DNA of 64,000 nucleotides from Podarcis liolepis (Eukaryota): NCBI GenBank assembly GCA_965112155.1, contig OZ218098.1; one strand, 5' to 3'. Positions 1 to 11,700 of the stretch are shown one piece after another. The position numbers and the translations under genes are program-made. The notes under the pieces are model-generated. The model was not told the DNA's origin, did no database searches, and saw only the letters and a program-made list of their open reading frames with translations. Position 1 is the stretch's first letter. Each line of letters opens with the position of its first letter.

Positions 1-2644
1 TCACCCAAGGCTGAAGACGCAAGTATCACCCAAGGCAGAGGGTGCGAGTGTTCATTTCAATAAAAGGTCACCACTAATTAATCTAAATGGTCCACAGCTA
101 TTATTCTCAACAGAAAAGCCAGTAAGCAAGCAGACCACTGGAGCATCTTCTCTAGGTCTCCTTACAGGACAGAAGTATCATCAACAGCTATGAAGTAACC
201 ACTGGAAGATTCACCAGCTGGGTTTTGAGGCTTTGTCTTTCTTTCGAGGGCGCTCCGATCTGGGCTTCTCCAGCCAGTTCAAAGGAAGTAGCTCCTTTGC
301 ACTTACAACTAAATGAGTAAAGAAGCCTTCCTGTGGAGTATAGGTGGGAAATTCGTAGCCCTCCAGGCCATAGGGAACTGTTGGGACTCCAGTTCCCATC
401 AGCCTCACCAGCATTGCTCATGGCTAGAGATGATGGGAATTATAGTCCAGCAATATTTGAAGGACCACTCCCCCCCCCCGTAGTGCGCAACCCAGTCAAT
501 AAACAAATCTGAGAGCCTGAACTTTGTATCACTGTCCATATTTGCTGTGTGATCCAGCCTTAAATGCTCGTTGCAGATACAGGCTTTTTCAGGCAAATGT
601 ATTCTGAAGTAAAAACTTAACATGACACTAAGCATATTAAATAATTCCGCATGAAGCCCAGAGCCATCTTTAGTTTCCCATTCAATGGCTATTATAATAT
701 ATACCATTGGTTTTCAACTGATGGGTGGGGACAGAGTACCAGAGTATGGCCTGATCTAAAGTAGCAGAAGCAAACAGATAATAAAAAAATTAAGAAATCC
801 ATGTTTGGGTTATAGGTAGGTTTCTGGTCTGAAATGGCTGAAGACTATGGATTTCATATACACAACATGAACTAGGCCATTTCATGTATGCAACAAAGGT
901 CAGAATGTATAGAAAGCTATTAACATATAGGGTTGTGTGGGGTTTTTTTTTGCCAGTAGTTAAATGGTAAGCATCCATTGATGTCTAACTACAGGAAGGG
1001 CTTTAAAGAGTACATCATAGCTGATGAACCAAGCTATTTTGTTAAATGCCGGCATTGTAAAAGCAGCTCAACGAACTTAACATACTCTGACAATATGGCA
1101 AACTTTTCTGTTTTCAAAATACTACCCAGGGCCCCTTTATTGTATTTTATATGGCGACCGCTAAGTACTCATCCACACTGTCTACAAGGAAAATGCATTG
1201 AGATAGGATATTTTAGGAGATTTGGAAACGTTTAAACAGCGTAAGAACAGCAAAAAGGAGAGTTTTGACATCTTAAGAAGAGTAACAAATTGATTGCGGC
1301 ATGAACTTTGGGTGCCAAAGGTCTCTTCCTTGTTGTTTCTGCAACAAACTAACATGGCTACTTTTCTGGAATTGGTCCCAAAAGGATCAGCCATGCCAAC
1401 TAGGAATTAAGACTGGAATGAGACCTGGTTGATCACCAGCACATGCGTCCCTGTGTGTTGGTGGGATACCTTCTTCAGTGCCAAGTGCTTTAAATAGGCA
1501 AAACAAACAATCCCACAGCAGTCTGCCGAAATTCCTTTGGCTCACTGTTTACTCCTGTCTTTCTAACAAACATCGCAGAAGCTTTTTTCAATATGTTTAA
1601 CTCTGTGTATTAAGAACTTTGAAGTTTCCTTTTGGGATTGCCTTTTCTGATTTAACCTATGACATGTGCTAGCCCTTGCGGTGAACCCAGTCTTCCATGA
1701 TAAATTGCCGTCAAAAGTGTTAGGATGTGCATGACTGAGAATGAATGTTGTTTTCCTGAGATGGTGACCTGCCTGCTGTTTTCTTTATTTTCCTGTTTCA
1801 ATTCTGCCTTCATTCAGAAGCTTCTTGTGTGACCTACCAGCTTTTCACTGATTCCACTACCACAAGAACCTTCTCTACCACATGGCATTTGGGGGGTAAA
1901 ATAAGATTAAAAACCCAAGCAAACAATTCTCTGCAAGCCTCTTCTGAGAGAGAGGGAGGTTAATCCTACCTCTAAGCAGATCAGACCATCAGTTACAGCT
2001 CACTGAAAACAAATAACCTTTGACCTTTACTGGTTTAAACTCTAGTGTAATATTTCCTCTTCACAGAGAGACAGTATTTTAAATTGCAAAAAGAAACACC
2101 CTATATCCTAAAGCAATTATGCCACAGGCACCCTACACAGCGCTGGCTTTTCTTAATAGATACGAATATGGTGTTTCCATACCTACTCTGATCTCACACA
2201 TTCTTATTTAACCCAAATAAGAAATATAAAAAGAAATATATAGGCATTTTCACAAGGGTTTTAAAAACAAATTCTATCACTTTCAGAAAGTTTGGGTAAA
2301 GTTGTGAGTTTGATTCAACCATAACTGAACAGTATAGTCAGCAACTCCATACTGAATGAAGCATATTATATTTTTTCTCATATTCAAATGCTGGCCACCC
2401 ACCTGTGATACACTCATCACTTGAAGGTCCCCTGTTGGGACTCTGTTAAGCTCAGTGGCCAGACCAATTCCACCTATCAGGAGTCGCTCCCAACCTGATG
2501 AGATCCAGGTGTTTTGAACACCAACTCGCATCAGCCCCAGTCTGTAGGGCTGTGCTGGATGGAACTGGTGGAAGCTGTGGTCCAAAACACCTGCAGGGCG
2601 CAAGGTTGGGGAAGGCTTACCTATAACACTTAAGAGGAACTCAT

Positions 2645-2647
<3 letters not shown>

Positions 2648-2689
<42 letters not shown>
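2648..2689. repeat. (CA)n microsatellite
   Basis: Read directly from the sequence. Confidence 0.97.
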
Positions 2690-2693
<4 letters not shown>

Positions 2694-5600
2694 ACTGAGA
2701 AAGCATTATCAAACCTATAGACGTGGTCAGAGTTCTAAACAAAGCAAGACCTCTGGCGTCCACAAATTCCAGCTGCTCCAAGGGGGCAAGGTCTTACCCC
2801 TAAATTCATGCTGTAGTTTCCAAAACTCAGCATGACATCAGGGACAATCCTCAGCCCCCTCCCATCTCTATGCACAGTAAGCATGCAGTTCATTTCTGTC
2901 ACACACTTCCAATATGGCAGTCACATCTTACAACTACGGTGTTGACAGAGACAAGCCCCAAACTCTTCTTCTAAGCTTGGAGGTAAGGAAGACAATGGTC
3001 TCGGCAGTCATCAACACCACTACTATTATTCATTTATCCTTTGCTCTTTTCCCTGACGGGGACTCATGCTGTGAAGATACTTGAAAACACAGTGTGATGT
3101 AACCCCCAGTTCTGCTCTTGGATTTGGAAATCGCCACACACAAACACATGCCCACCAGAAGATGCCTTTGAAGCAAAGTGCAATGTTGGAAGGATCTCCT
3201 GGATTAGGCCAGTGGCCCACCTTGCCTAGCATCTTGTTTTCAAAGTGGCCAACTAGAAGCCTGTGGGAAACAAGCAGATACCTGAGCACAGCAACATTCC
3301 CCCGTCCTAAAATCATACTGCCTCAGTCAGTGGTGGTAGAACACAGCCATCAGGGATAGTTGCTGCTGAAAGCTTTCTCCTCCATAAATATGTCTTCTAA
3401 AGCCATCTGAGTTGATGGCCACCCCTGCTTCCTGTGGGAGCAAATTCCATACTGGGATCCCTACTCCCTTCTCCAGCTCCAAAGGCCAGCTGGGGCCTGC
3501 TCTTGTCATGCTGAGTTTCCAAAGTGCAGTCCAATTGTGGAGCTGATACCTCCACACCTTCCCAGGATTTGGGCTGGAGGAATGCTGAAGCTCATCAAGC
3601 TGGCTAGAGGGTGACTAGACACTCACAAGATTTGTAAAAACAAACAAAACTGGGTGCATAGCACATATGGTTTTAGGGATTGTGACCAAAAGATTCGTTG
3701 TCACTGGAGGGGACATGCCAATTTTTAGCTCCACGCTGCTTTTTCTCCCCAGTGATTACTGGCAAATCTTTCAGCAGATGCAGGGAACTCAAGAGTTGGT
3801 ATTGATGTCTGAAACTCAATTTTGAGCTTTGGAACCAACTAGAACCTTGCTGTTTCTGGCTTTCCCTTCTCAATGCTTGACATGAATGTCAAGGGAGTTA
3901 CCATGTGCCAGACACTGTGGAATCTCAAAAGTAGCAAGCAAAACTCATCCAGCATCCCATCTTCTCCAAAGCCTCATGTGAAGTGTAGGGCGGCCATACG
4001 TCCATAATTTCCCGGGCATAGCCGGAATATGGCAGTCAGAAACTGTCCGGGTGGAAATCACTAGAATGTATGGCAGGCTCAACAACTTTGCCAAAAGCTC
4101 TCACTTTGCACTAGGCATCCAGGGAAGAAATACAGTGCTGACTCTGTGATTATGTTTTTGGAATCCTGTTCCTTAGAAACTACTGTATATTTGATTGCAT
4201 TGGGCTACAACTGACTAGTATTGAATTATTGGCACCATCAATCGATAATGACATTAAAACAGGGAACCTGTGGATTATGAGAATTGTAGTCCAACAACCT
4301 TTAGAGGGCATCAGATTAGGGAAAGTTTACTTAGAGCTTGTTCAGACCAGGCCTGAGAGTTGTGAGCAAATGAGTGTGCTCTACTAACATAAAGACATAT
4401 CTTTTTACTATAACTAAGCTGTGATCAGGCTGTATGTCAGTCAATTTGGGATTTGGAGATCAAAGAAAGTAACAGAGACAACTTAAGAATCCTGCAATAT
4501 TTATTGCCTGGTCCACTGTGGTTACAGACAAGATGCTCCCAGTGTGAAGCCAAACGAATTCCAATGTATTTAACAGATAGCATCGAAAACAAATTGAATG
4601 TAGCAATTTTCTGGCCTTGAAATGAATGTCAGGAACAGAGCTGATGGAAGACAGCCCAAGAGTCTAATGGTGGCTATCTGACTTCTAATTACCACTGATC
4701 AAAAGCAAAATGGGAAATTGGACTCCTACCAAAATGAACCGTAAAGGAATTTCAGTCAGGTGCTATTAATTTTAGCTTTTACTTTCTCGTGGTTAAAAGT
4801 AAAAAATTAACCGTAAATTATTATTTTTTTAATCCTCTAGCTCATCTATTCCAGCCAAGAATTTTAAGTTTATTTTACGATGTTCAAATGAAATGAAATG
4901 TTGATCTCTGTGGTTTTTAAACTTTAAAGTTGACGACTGTGTGACACATTATGAAAACCCATGCACTTGTAGAAGATAAAGTGCAAATTCTAAGCACTTT
5001 AAGCAACCCAGAAAAACTTGGGATTTTTGTGCCCTCCTGATTTTTGGACTGCGACTCCCATCCATCTGATGATTATGGACCATCAGCCAGGAATGGTGGC
5101 AGCTGCGGAAGGCCACAAGTTAGCTGGTCCCCTGTGCAGACAATGCAGCAGTGGTCTGACTTGCTTAAAGGCAGGTTGCCATGTTCCTACAGTTCAGAAG
5201 CTGCTATTAGATAAAAACTGAGCTTGAAAAGGGAGGCATCACTGACATTCAGCCCCTACTGCCAAAGGGCGGTAAGCTTCAATAGCTAATAAAAATGTTT
5301 TATTTACAGAAGAACCCCATTTTTCTTTTGTCCAATGCATTTTTAGTACACCATACTCCTTGGAGACACCTAAAAACAATTCAAAAGTATGACAACATAA
5401 AATTTAGCAAACTGGAATTATGTACAGACACATCAAGCCATTTCTTTTTACAAAAGAACATCCATGGAACCTCAGAGATTTTTAAGAATGTGTTTCTACA
5501 TAACGTTCATGTGCCAAATTTTATAATACAATTGCTTGAATCACACTCTTGTCTGTAGCAGTGTCTAATGATGAACATAGTAACTCAAAATGCATGAGGC

Positions 5601-5946
5601 AAGAAATTGAGTGCTTCTGTAAATAAACAAACCACAAACCATTTTCTCTAGCACCTTTTGAGGTTCACCTCCTTTCTGTGGTCAGGAAAATTTAGTCCCA
5701 GTGCATACTGAACAGAGTTCTCTGGATCATAGCTCTTTTGAAAGACACTGGTGGGTTGAATCCAAAGAAGAGAAAATCTTCGGAAAGCAGCTGTGAATGC
5801 TATTCCCAAGGGCTTGGACAAGTGCTAACAGAAAGAAATTGCACCGTGTTGTAGGTACTAGGCTCCATAGATTTTCTCGTGCTTCCGTTTGTGCCAAGAT
5901 TTTCAGCAAGTAACCAAGCATATTAGGTTTTATATTTCCTGTGTAA

Positions 5947-6326
5947 GGTGAAAAGGTAAAGGACCCCTGGATGGTTAAATCCAGTCAAAGGTGACTATGG
6001 GGTGCAGTGCCCATCTCGCTTCAGGCCGAGGGACCTGGGCTGGCGTTTTGTCCATAGACAGCTTTCCGGGTCATGTGCCCAGCATGACTAAACCGCTTCT
6101 GGCACAACAGAACACCGTGACGGAAGCCAGAGAGTGCACAGAAACGCCTTTTACCTTCCCACCGCAGTGGTACCTATTTATCTACTTGCACTGGTGTGCT
6201 TTCAAACTGCTCGGTTGGCAGAAGCTGGAATGGGAGTTCACCCTGTCGTCCGGATTTGAACCACCAACCTTCCAATTGGCAAGCCCAAGAGGCTCAGTGG
6301 TTTAGACCACAGCGCCACCTGCTCCC
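5947..6326 (-). mobile_element. Full-length Sauria SINE in CCND1 intron 4
   Basis: tRNA-related head GGGAGCAGGTGGCGCTGTGGTCTAAACC at the right end and ACCTTT-type tail at the left. 14-bp TSD TATTTCCTGTGTAA at 5933-5946 and 6337-6350. Confidence 0.92.
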
Positions 6327-8629
6327 CTATTTCCCCTATTTCCTGTGTAACACTCCAGTGTGATGTATAAAACGCTCCTTCAGAAGAGGACCTTTGGATC
6401 CAAACCATTGTTTTCAATTATAAAAATCCCTCTTTCTGAGAAAAGCTCAAATATTGACCAAACCACATAAGAATGTATTGTTTCACATGATTCAGAAGAC
6501 CACAATGAAATAGACTCCAGTTCCATCTTATGCATGAAAATATGCTTAAATATAATTTCCTTTAAAATCACGATCAGTGCAGGATAGCAGGTCATTTAAC
6601 TGCTGCGGGACCCCTAAGTCAAATGTATTGCACTGGACAGAGGCAAAGTACAGTGGAGAACCTACTTGGTTCATAGGTAGACAAGACTGCAATTCAGGTA
6701 TTAAAGCCAACTTAAGTTTACCACACAAGTTGAGAGACAGCAGAGGCAAGGGCACAAACTCTAACCCCCATTGGGCTTCAAGAGTTTGAGGTCAACAGGC
6801 TGCAGTAGAGACCCTGCTCTTCCTAGGCACACTCCCTAAGCAATGTATAGCCTGGAAAATCGACGTTGTACAATGCTGAGGGAGCCTCCATGTCTTGACA
6901 GCCACCCTCAAAACTTGTAGAGAGCAACTGGGAAAGGGTAGAGCAAGTGTGCACATCCCTGCTCTCCTCATTCACATGTTCTACTTATTTGTGAGTTCAA
7001 CATCTGTGTAAGGCTGACACCACTTTGTTTCAACATTTGAAATGAAGCCAAGACTTCAGGAGTGAATTTAGACCTGGTGCCACTGAAGCGCTTCAGGTAC
7101 AGTCTTCAAGCTGAAGTTGTGCCACTGAAATCAACCAGTTTTGAGCATGACCAGGTGACTCAATCCACCTAGCACTACCACAAAACACACCCTTCATTCA
7201 AGACAACAGGGGGATCATTTGTGAGCTCTGCAAAGGCTTCACGAAAAATGAGGAGAGTAGATCAGGCTCAGGTAAACTGCATCCTGCAACCCTGACACTA
7301 AATGTAAGTTAGCGCTGCCTTCAATGAAGCGTTCTTTCTACAAAACAAGACACAGCTCTGTGGTGTTTCCTTCAGCTCCTAATCTGGCATCAAATCAAAA
7401 GTAGGCAGGATGTGATTTAAAAGAACCTAGTGCCAATATTGCTTCTGCAGGCTGCTTTTCTCAAAGTGTCTTCACTATTCTCTCTCTTTTGCTATGCAGG
7501 CAGGTGATGGATCAGCGCAGGCATCTATGTTGCTTGCACTGACTGAGCACATCCAATCCTTTGCCTATAGCCAAAACTTTGGCAGCATGAAAGACAAATA
7601 AAAAATAACACCATGAACCCATGTATAATGCAGCAGTGAAGCAAGCATTTGCAATCAAAGTAGCACAATATTCCATTCATTATGAAGTCTCAGGATGTTA
7701 AGGAACCTCATTGTAATTGCGACAGCTCTTGTTTCTGCACTCTTATATTTTCTATATATTTATGGACGTATGAAACAAGGAATGTTTTAGCCGTGCCTCC
7801 AAGATTTGGTTGCAAGCCTCAGGGCTGACTTTATTTGACTCATTGTTGGTGCTTGGAGACCCCACAAGAACCTTTTTCCAAGCATCTTTTTATTGGGCTT
7901 TCACATTGTTCCAGCACAAAGCTAAACTCTGCCCCAACTTCACACACCATTAGGGCATGGATCATTGACTTTAGGTCTTCCTTGTAGGCTCCCTTCCTGC
8001 CCATTCATTCATGAAAGGTTTATTGCTCACTAGTTACTGATGAGCATCTCCAGGAAGCTGCGGGGCAAAAAGAAGAGTCCTATGAGGACCATCTACCTTT
8101 TCATGAAATAATGGGGCACTTAAAAAACAAAACAAAAACAGCTGGGATGGGGAGGGCTTGGAATTCAGTATGATCTACTGTGCAGGTCTACCTTGTTGTA
8201 AACCATTAAAATTCTGTTAACATTTTCCCCACACATAATTTAGCAATATAAAGAATCTCAGGAGTGGTTAAATAAAAAGAGAGAGAAAGCTCTGTTCACT
8301 GCAATCACTACCGTTCCTTGACTTACTTTTAAGAGCACTTGTCCACACGATTTAATTATCTATAGAGCAATACAGCCTCTGAACTTGTCCTCTTAAATTA
8401 AGAGTTTCTCTTTTCCTTTCTTGGTATTTCTTCATTGAAAGGCTTGGAACTAGTGGTAGCATTCAGCCCACACAATACATAAAGGAGACTTTTGGGTACT
8501 AATGTGAAGATGAAGATGAAGGTGACAGATGTGAAGCAACTTTTGAGCCTTGCTTTGATTTGAGGCCCACAAACAGACTAGATGCCGCCACCCAGGAGGC
8601 ACCAGGACTACGGATCAAGCATCACTTAC

Positions 8630-8778
8630 CGGGTCACATTTGATGACTTTCGAGAGGAAATGTGTGAGGCATTGGTAAGAGAGGAAAGCGTTGGTGTTTC
8701 CAAGGTGAAGGCCTTGCACAGCAGCTACCACACTACCAGCTGCAATCATGGAAGGTGGATTTGAAATAAACTTAACAT
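8630..8778 (-). CDS. CCND1: Cyclin D1 coding exon 4 ([24 protein letters not shown]...LSKVIKCDP); exon 5 apparently outside the window
   Basis: Acceptor CAG|ATG at 8778, donor CCG|GTAAGT at 8630, 149 nt; phase continues from exon 3. Confidence 0.97.
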
Positions 8779-11700
8779 CTGTTGGGGGAAAAACAAAGAA
8801 ATAGAAGTGAGCTTGCATATACATACCACCCTACGCTCATGGGTGCAAATAAAGGCGGCTGACCCAGTGCACAAAGGTTTCCAATGGGCAGGCGCTAAGG
8901 TGGCTTAACAGAGCATGTCCATATGCATCTAGGCTTACTGCTTTTCTTACAGCATCTCTTGGAACATTTTTTGGCCCAGCTCTGTGAACAGTCCCATGAA
9001 AACCAACCTGCATATAAATTCACCCATGCAGTTGTTTCCTTCAACGAGATGTGTTGGTATTAGCATCCATGTTCTGCTTGCAAGCCTCCCATAGACATAT
9101 GGCCAGCCACTGTGAGAACATGCTGATGGACTAAATTGTCCTTTGGTCTAATCCATCAGAGCTCCTCTTCAAATCCCATGTAGCTGCATAGATTTAGGGC
9201 TTTGTGGTGCTTTATTGCACCAAAGGCTGTAGCAATTCCTTTGAAACTGGACCACCATCTTGCATTCTATTGCTTTTCAGGATGGTTCAGTCTCCGGCAG
9301 CTAAAAGAACGCATTCATCATCAGACCATGAGTTTGCAAGCAAAGCCAGTATAGAATCCTCCCCCCCCCCCCAATAATTTTTAAAGCTAGTATAGAATCC
9401 TGGTTTCAACACTGTTCAGGGAGAGCACATTTACAGGTTTTCTAATTTTTCTGTTCAAGTGGTTTCATATAATCAATCTATGCAGAACAGCATCCAACAG
9501 CCCAAATGTATAGTACTTTTTAAAAGCACTGCTGAGTCCAATGAGATTAACTCTGAAGTGAGTGGGACTGCAGTTCAAGGTTCCAATCCTCCATTAAACA
9601 TACTTCTGACCACATACGCTGACCAAAAATTTTACTCTTTCTAATAAATAAAGGTGGAAACTTGAACACCACATATACAAGAACTTCACCACTACAGTGA
9701 AATAGAGAAATCGGATGTAAATGGGCACTTCCTCTGGTAAATGTTTTGCTTCAACCTTTCCCTTATCTGCGACTGCCTTCCATCCGGGCAATGGGGACTT
9801 AGTGTAAGGGGGTCCCAAGAACTGGCAGACAATAAGCTACATTCTGATATGACACCACGCTGACAAGAGCCTGGGCCCACTTCCAAACTGCATTGCTGTA
9901 GGTCTTGCGGCAAAGCCACTCCCATGATTGCTTGGCCTATAGCTGCCATAGAGAATGTTACAGCCAACAAAAAAGCAATCATTTACATTTTGAGGCTAAG
10001 GCTCATTCTAAGCAGGCATGTTTGATTCATGCCTTCATTTGACCATGACCAGGAATTAAGAGAGGGGGAACATGTTTCAATATCTGATTGTCAGGATGAA
10101 AGCAGAAAATGCCAACCTATGTACATCAACTTAGGAAACGCTCCCAGCAGCTTGGAGGCAATTCATCTGCTCACCTACAAACCCCAAACCATCTGAAGAA
10201 TTGCAATTTCCCTTCCAATAGTCTACTGTGCTGAACACTTTCTTTAAATCGTAAATATTTTAAATTGTGATTTGCAGCTGCTCTTCAGGAAAACCAGTGT
10301 GAGAATATTTTATCAGCAAAATCACCTCCAGGACTATGCAAAAATCATTTCTTTCGCATTCCTTCTTAAACGTAATGGCTTGCATTCAATTAAGTCTTAC
10401 TAAGAGTAGATCCATTGAAAATACCTTAGTTTGTCATGTCCTTTAAGTTCAATAGGGCTACTGTGAGTATCCCTACCCAATATTGGCACCTTGTTCCAAT
10501 TTAAAATGTTGACAGTAGGGCAATATGCCCTTTTAAAATATTGGGAGATGAGAGATAGCTCAGTTGGTAGATTATGAGACTCAATCTCAGGTTTGTTGTT
10601 GAGGGAAATCACAATTCAGGAGCATCTGCACACTGCGGTGCAGAGCAACACACATTTAAATGCTCAAAGCCTCAACTCTTAAATGATCCCCTAAGACATG
10701 GACTATATGTATTGCTATTTAAACACTATGCCATGTTGCCTGAGATTACCTTCCTACTTTTCATTTTACAAAGGCCTGTGTTGTAAATTTTCAACATCAG
10801 CCCCCCCTGGATGAATACACATCAAACCAATTAACTGCTGTACAGCTTCTAAAGGGTTTTGAAGAAGCACAGAAATGACCACCCTTATCTGGCATTCTGA
10901 CTTCTACATCACCCAGATTCGATTCTTTTTCTAATCTTGGAAACTTTGCTTTTTTTCAATTTGGAACCTTTAAAACCAAACCAAACTCCCACCTCCAAAA
11001 TGGGCAAAGTGATCATGAGATCATTCAAAGAGTAGCAAGTTTGGGAATGCACAAAGTACTTCCTTTTAAAGTGGCGAGAGAAAAAGGAAGAGGAATTCCT
11101 AGTCACACCCTCTTTCTTCCCAAGGTGGAAAAGCAATAATGAAGTTTAAATGACTGGTTTGTGCCTGTCCCTATAACCACTCTAGACAAGCGGCATGGAC
11201 AGACTTTTTGTTGCGACACAACAAGGAATTATTTGTGGCAGAGACCACTAATTTCAGCATATTAATCAGGGGGCCCCTCTCGGCTGTAATTGGATGCTCC
11301 CAAGGGAAGAGTGTGGCATCATTGTCAGCCTCCATTGCCTCATCTTGCGCTATTGAGCGCTCAGGAACAAGGGGGCTTCGGTGAGATGAATTAGACCTGA
11401 CACAGCTACAATGGGGAAGGGGCCCCCTCAATTGAAGCACACATCCCCAGTAGCCTATCTGAGACTTCATCCAAAAAGAATAAACAACTTCAGTGTTGTT
11501 AAAAGGAGAGGGGGGGGGGGAGGAAAGAGGAGAGAGAAGAATGCCAGCCACCCTGAAGGGAGGACAAAGCAGGCATCTAGGCGCTGTAGCGCTTTAAAAA
11601 AAAAAAAATCCTAACAAGGCAAGTCACCCCCTTTTCCTTTTTAAATGGAGCAGCAATTCCATCCGTCTGGAGAGCTGGGGGCTATGAATGAAAATCTTTT

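Noticed and set aside
9342-9401. 19-bp near-direct repeat flanking a poly-C/AT spacer
   Set aside because: Probably a local slippage duplication; the insert is too simple to assign as a mobile element.
10555-10600. tRNA-like sequence (TAGCTCAGTTGGTAGA...); also the B box at 29161
   Set aside because: Incomplete cloverleaf; these are SINE heads, not tRNA genes.
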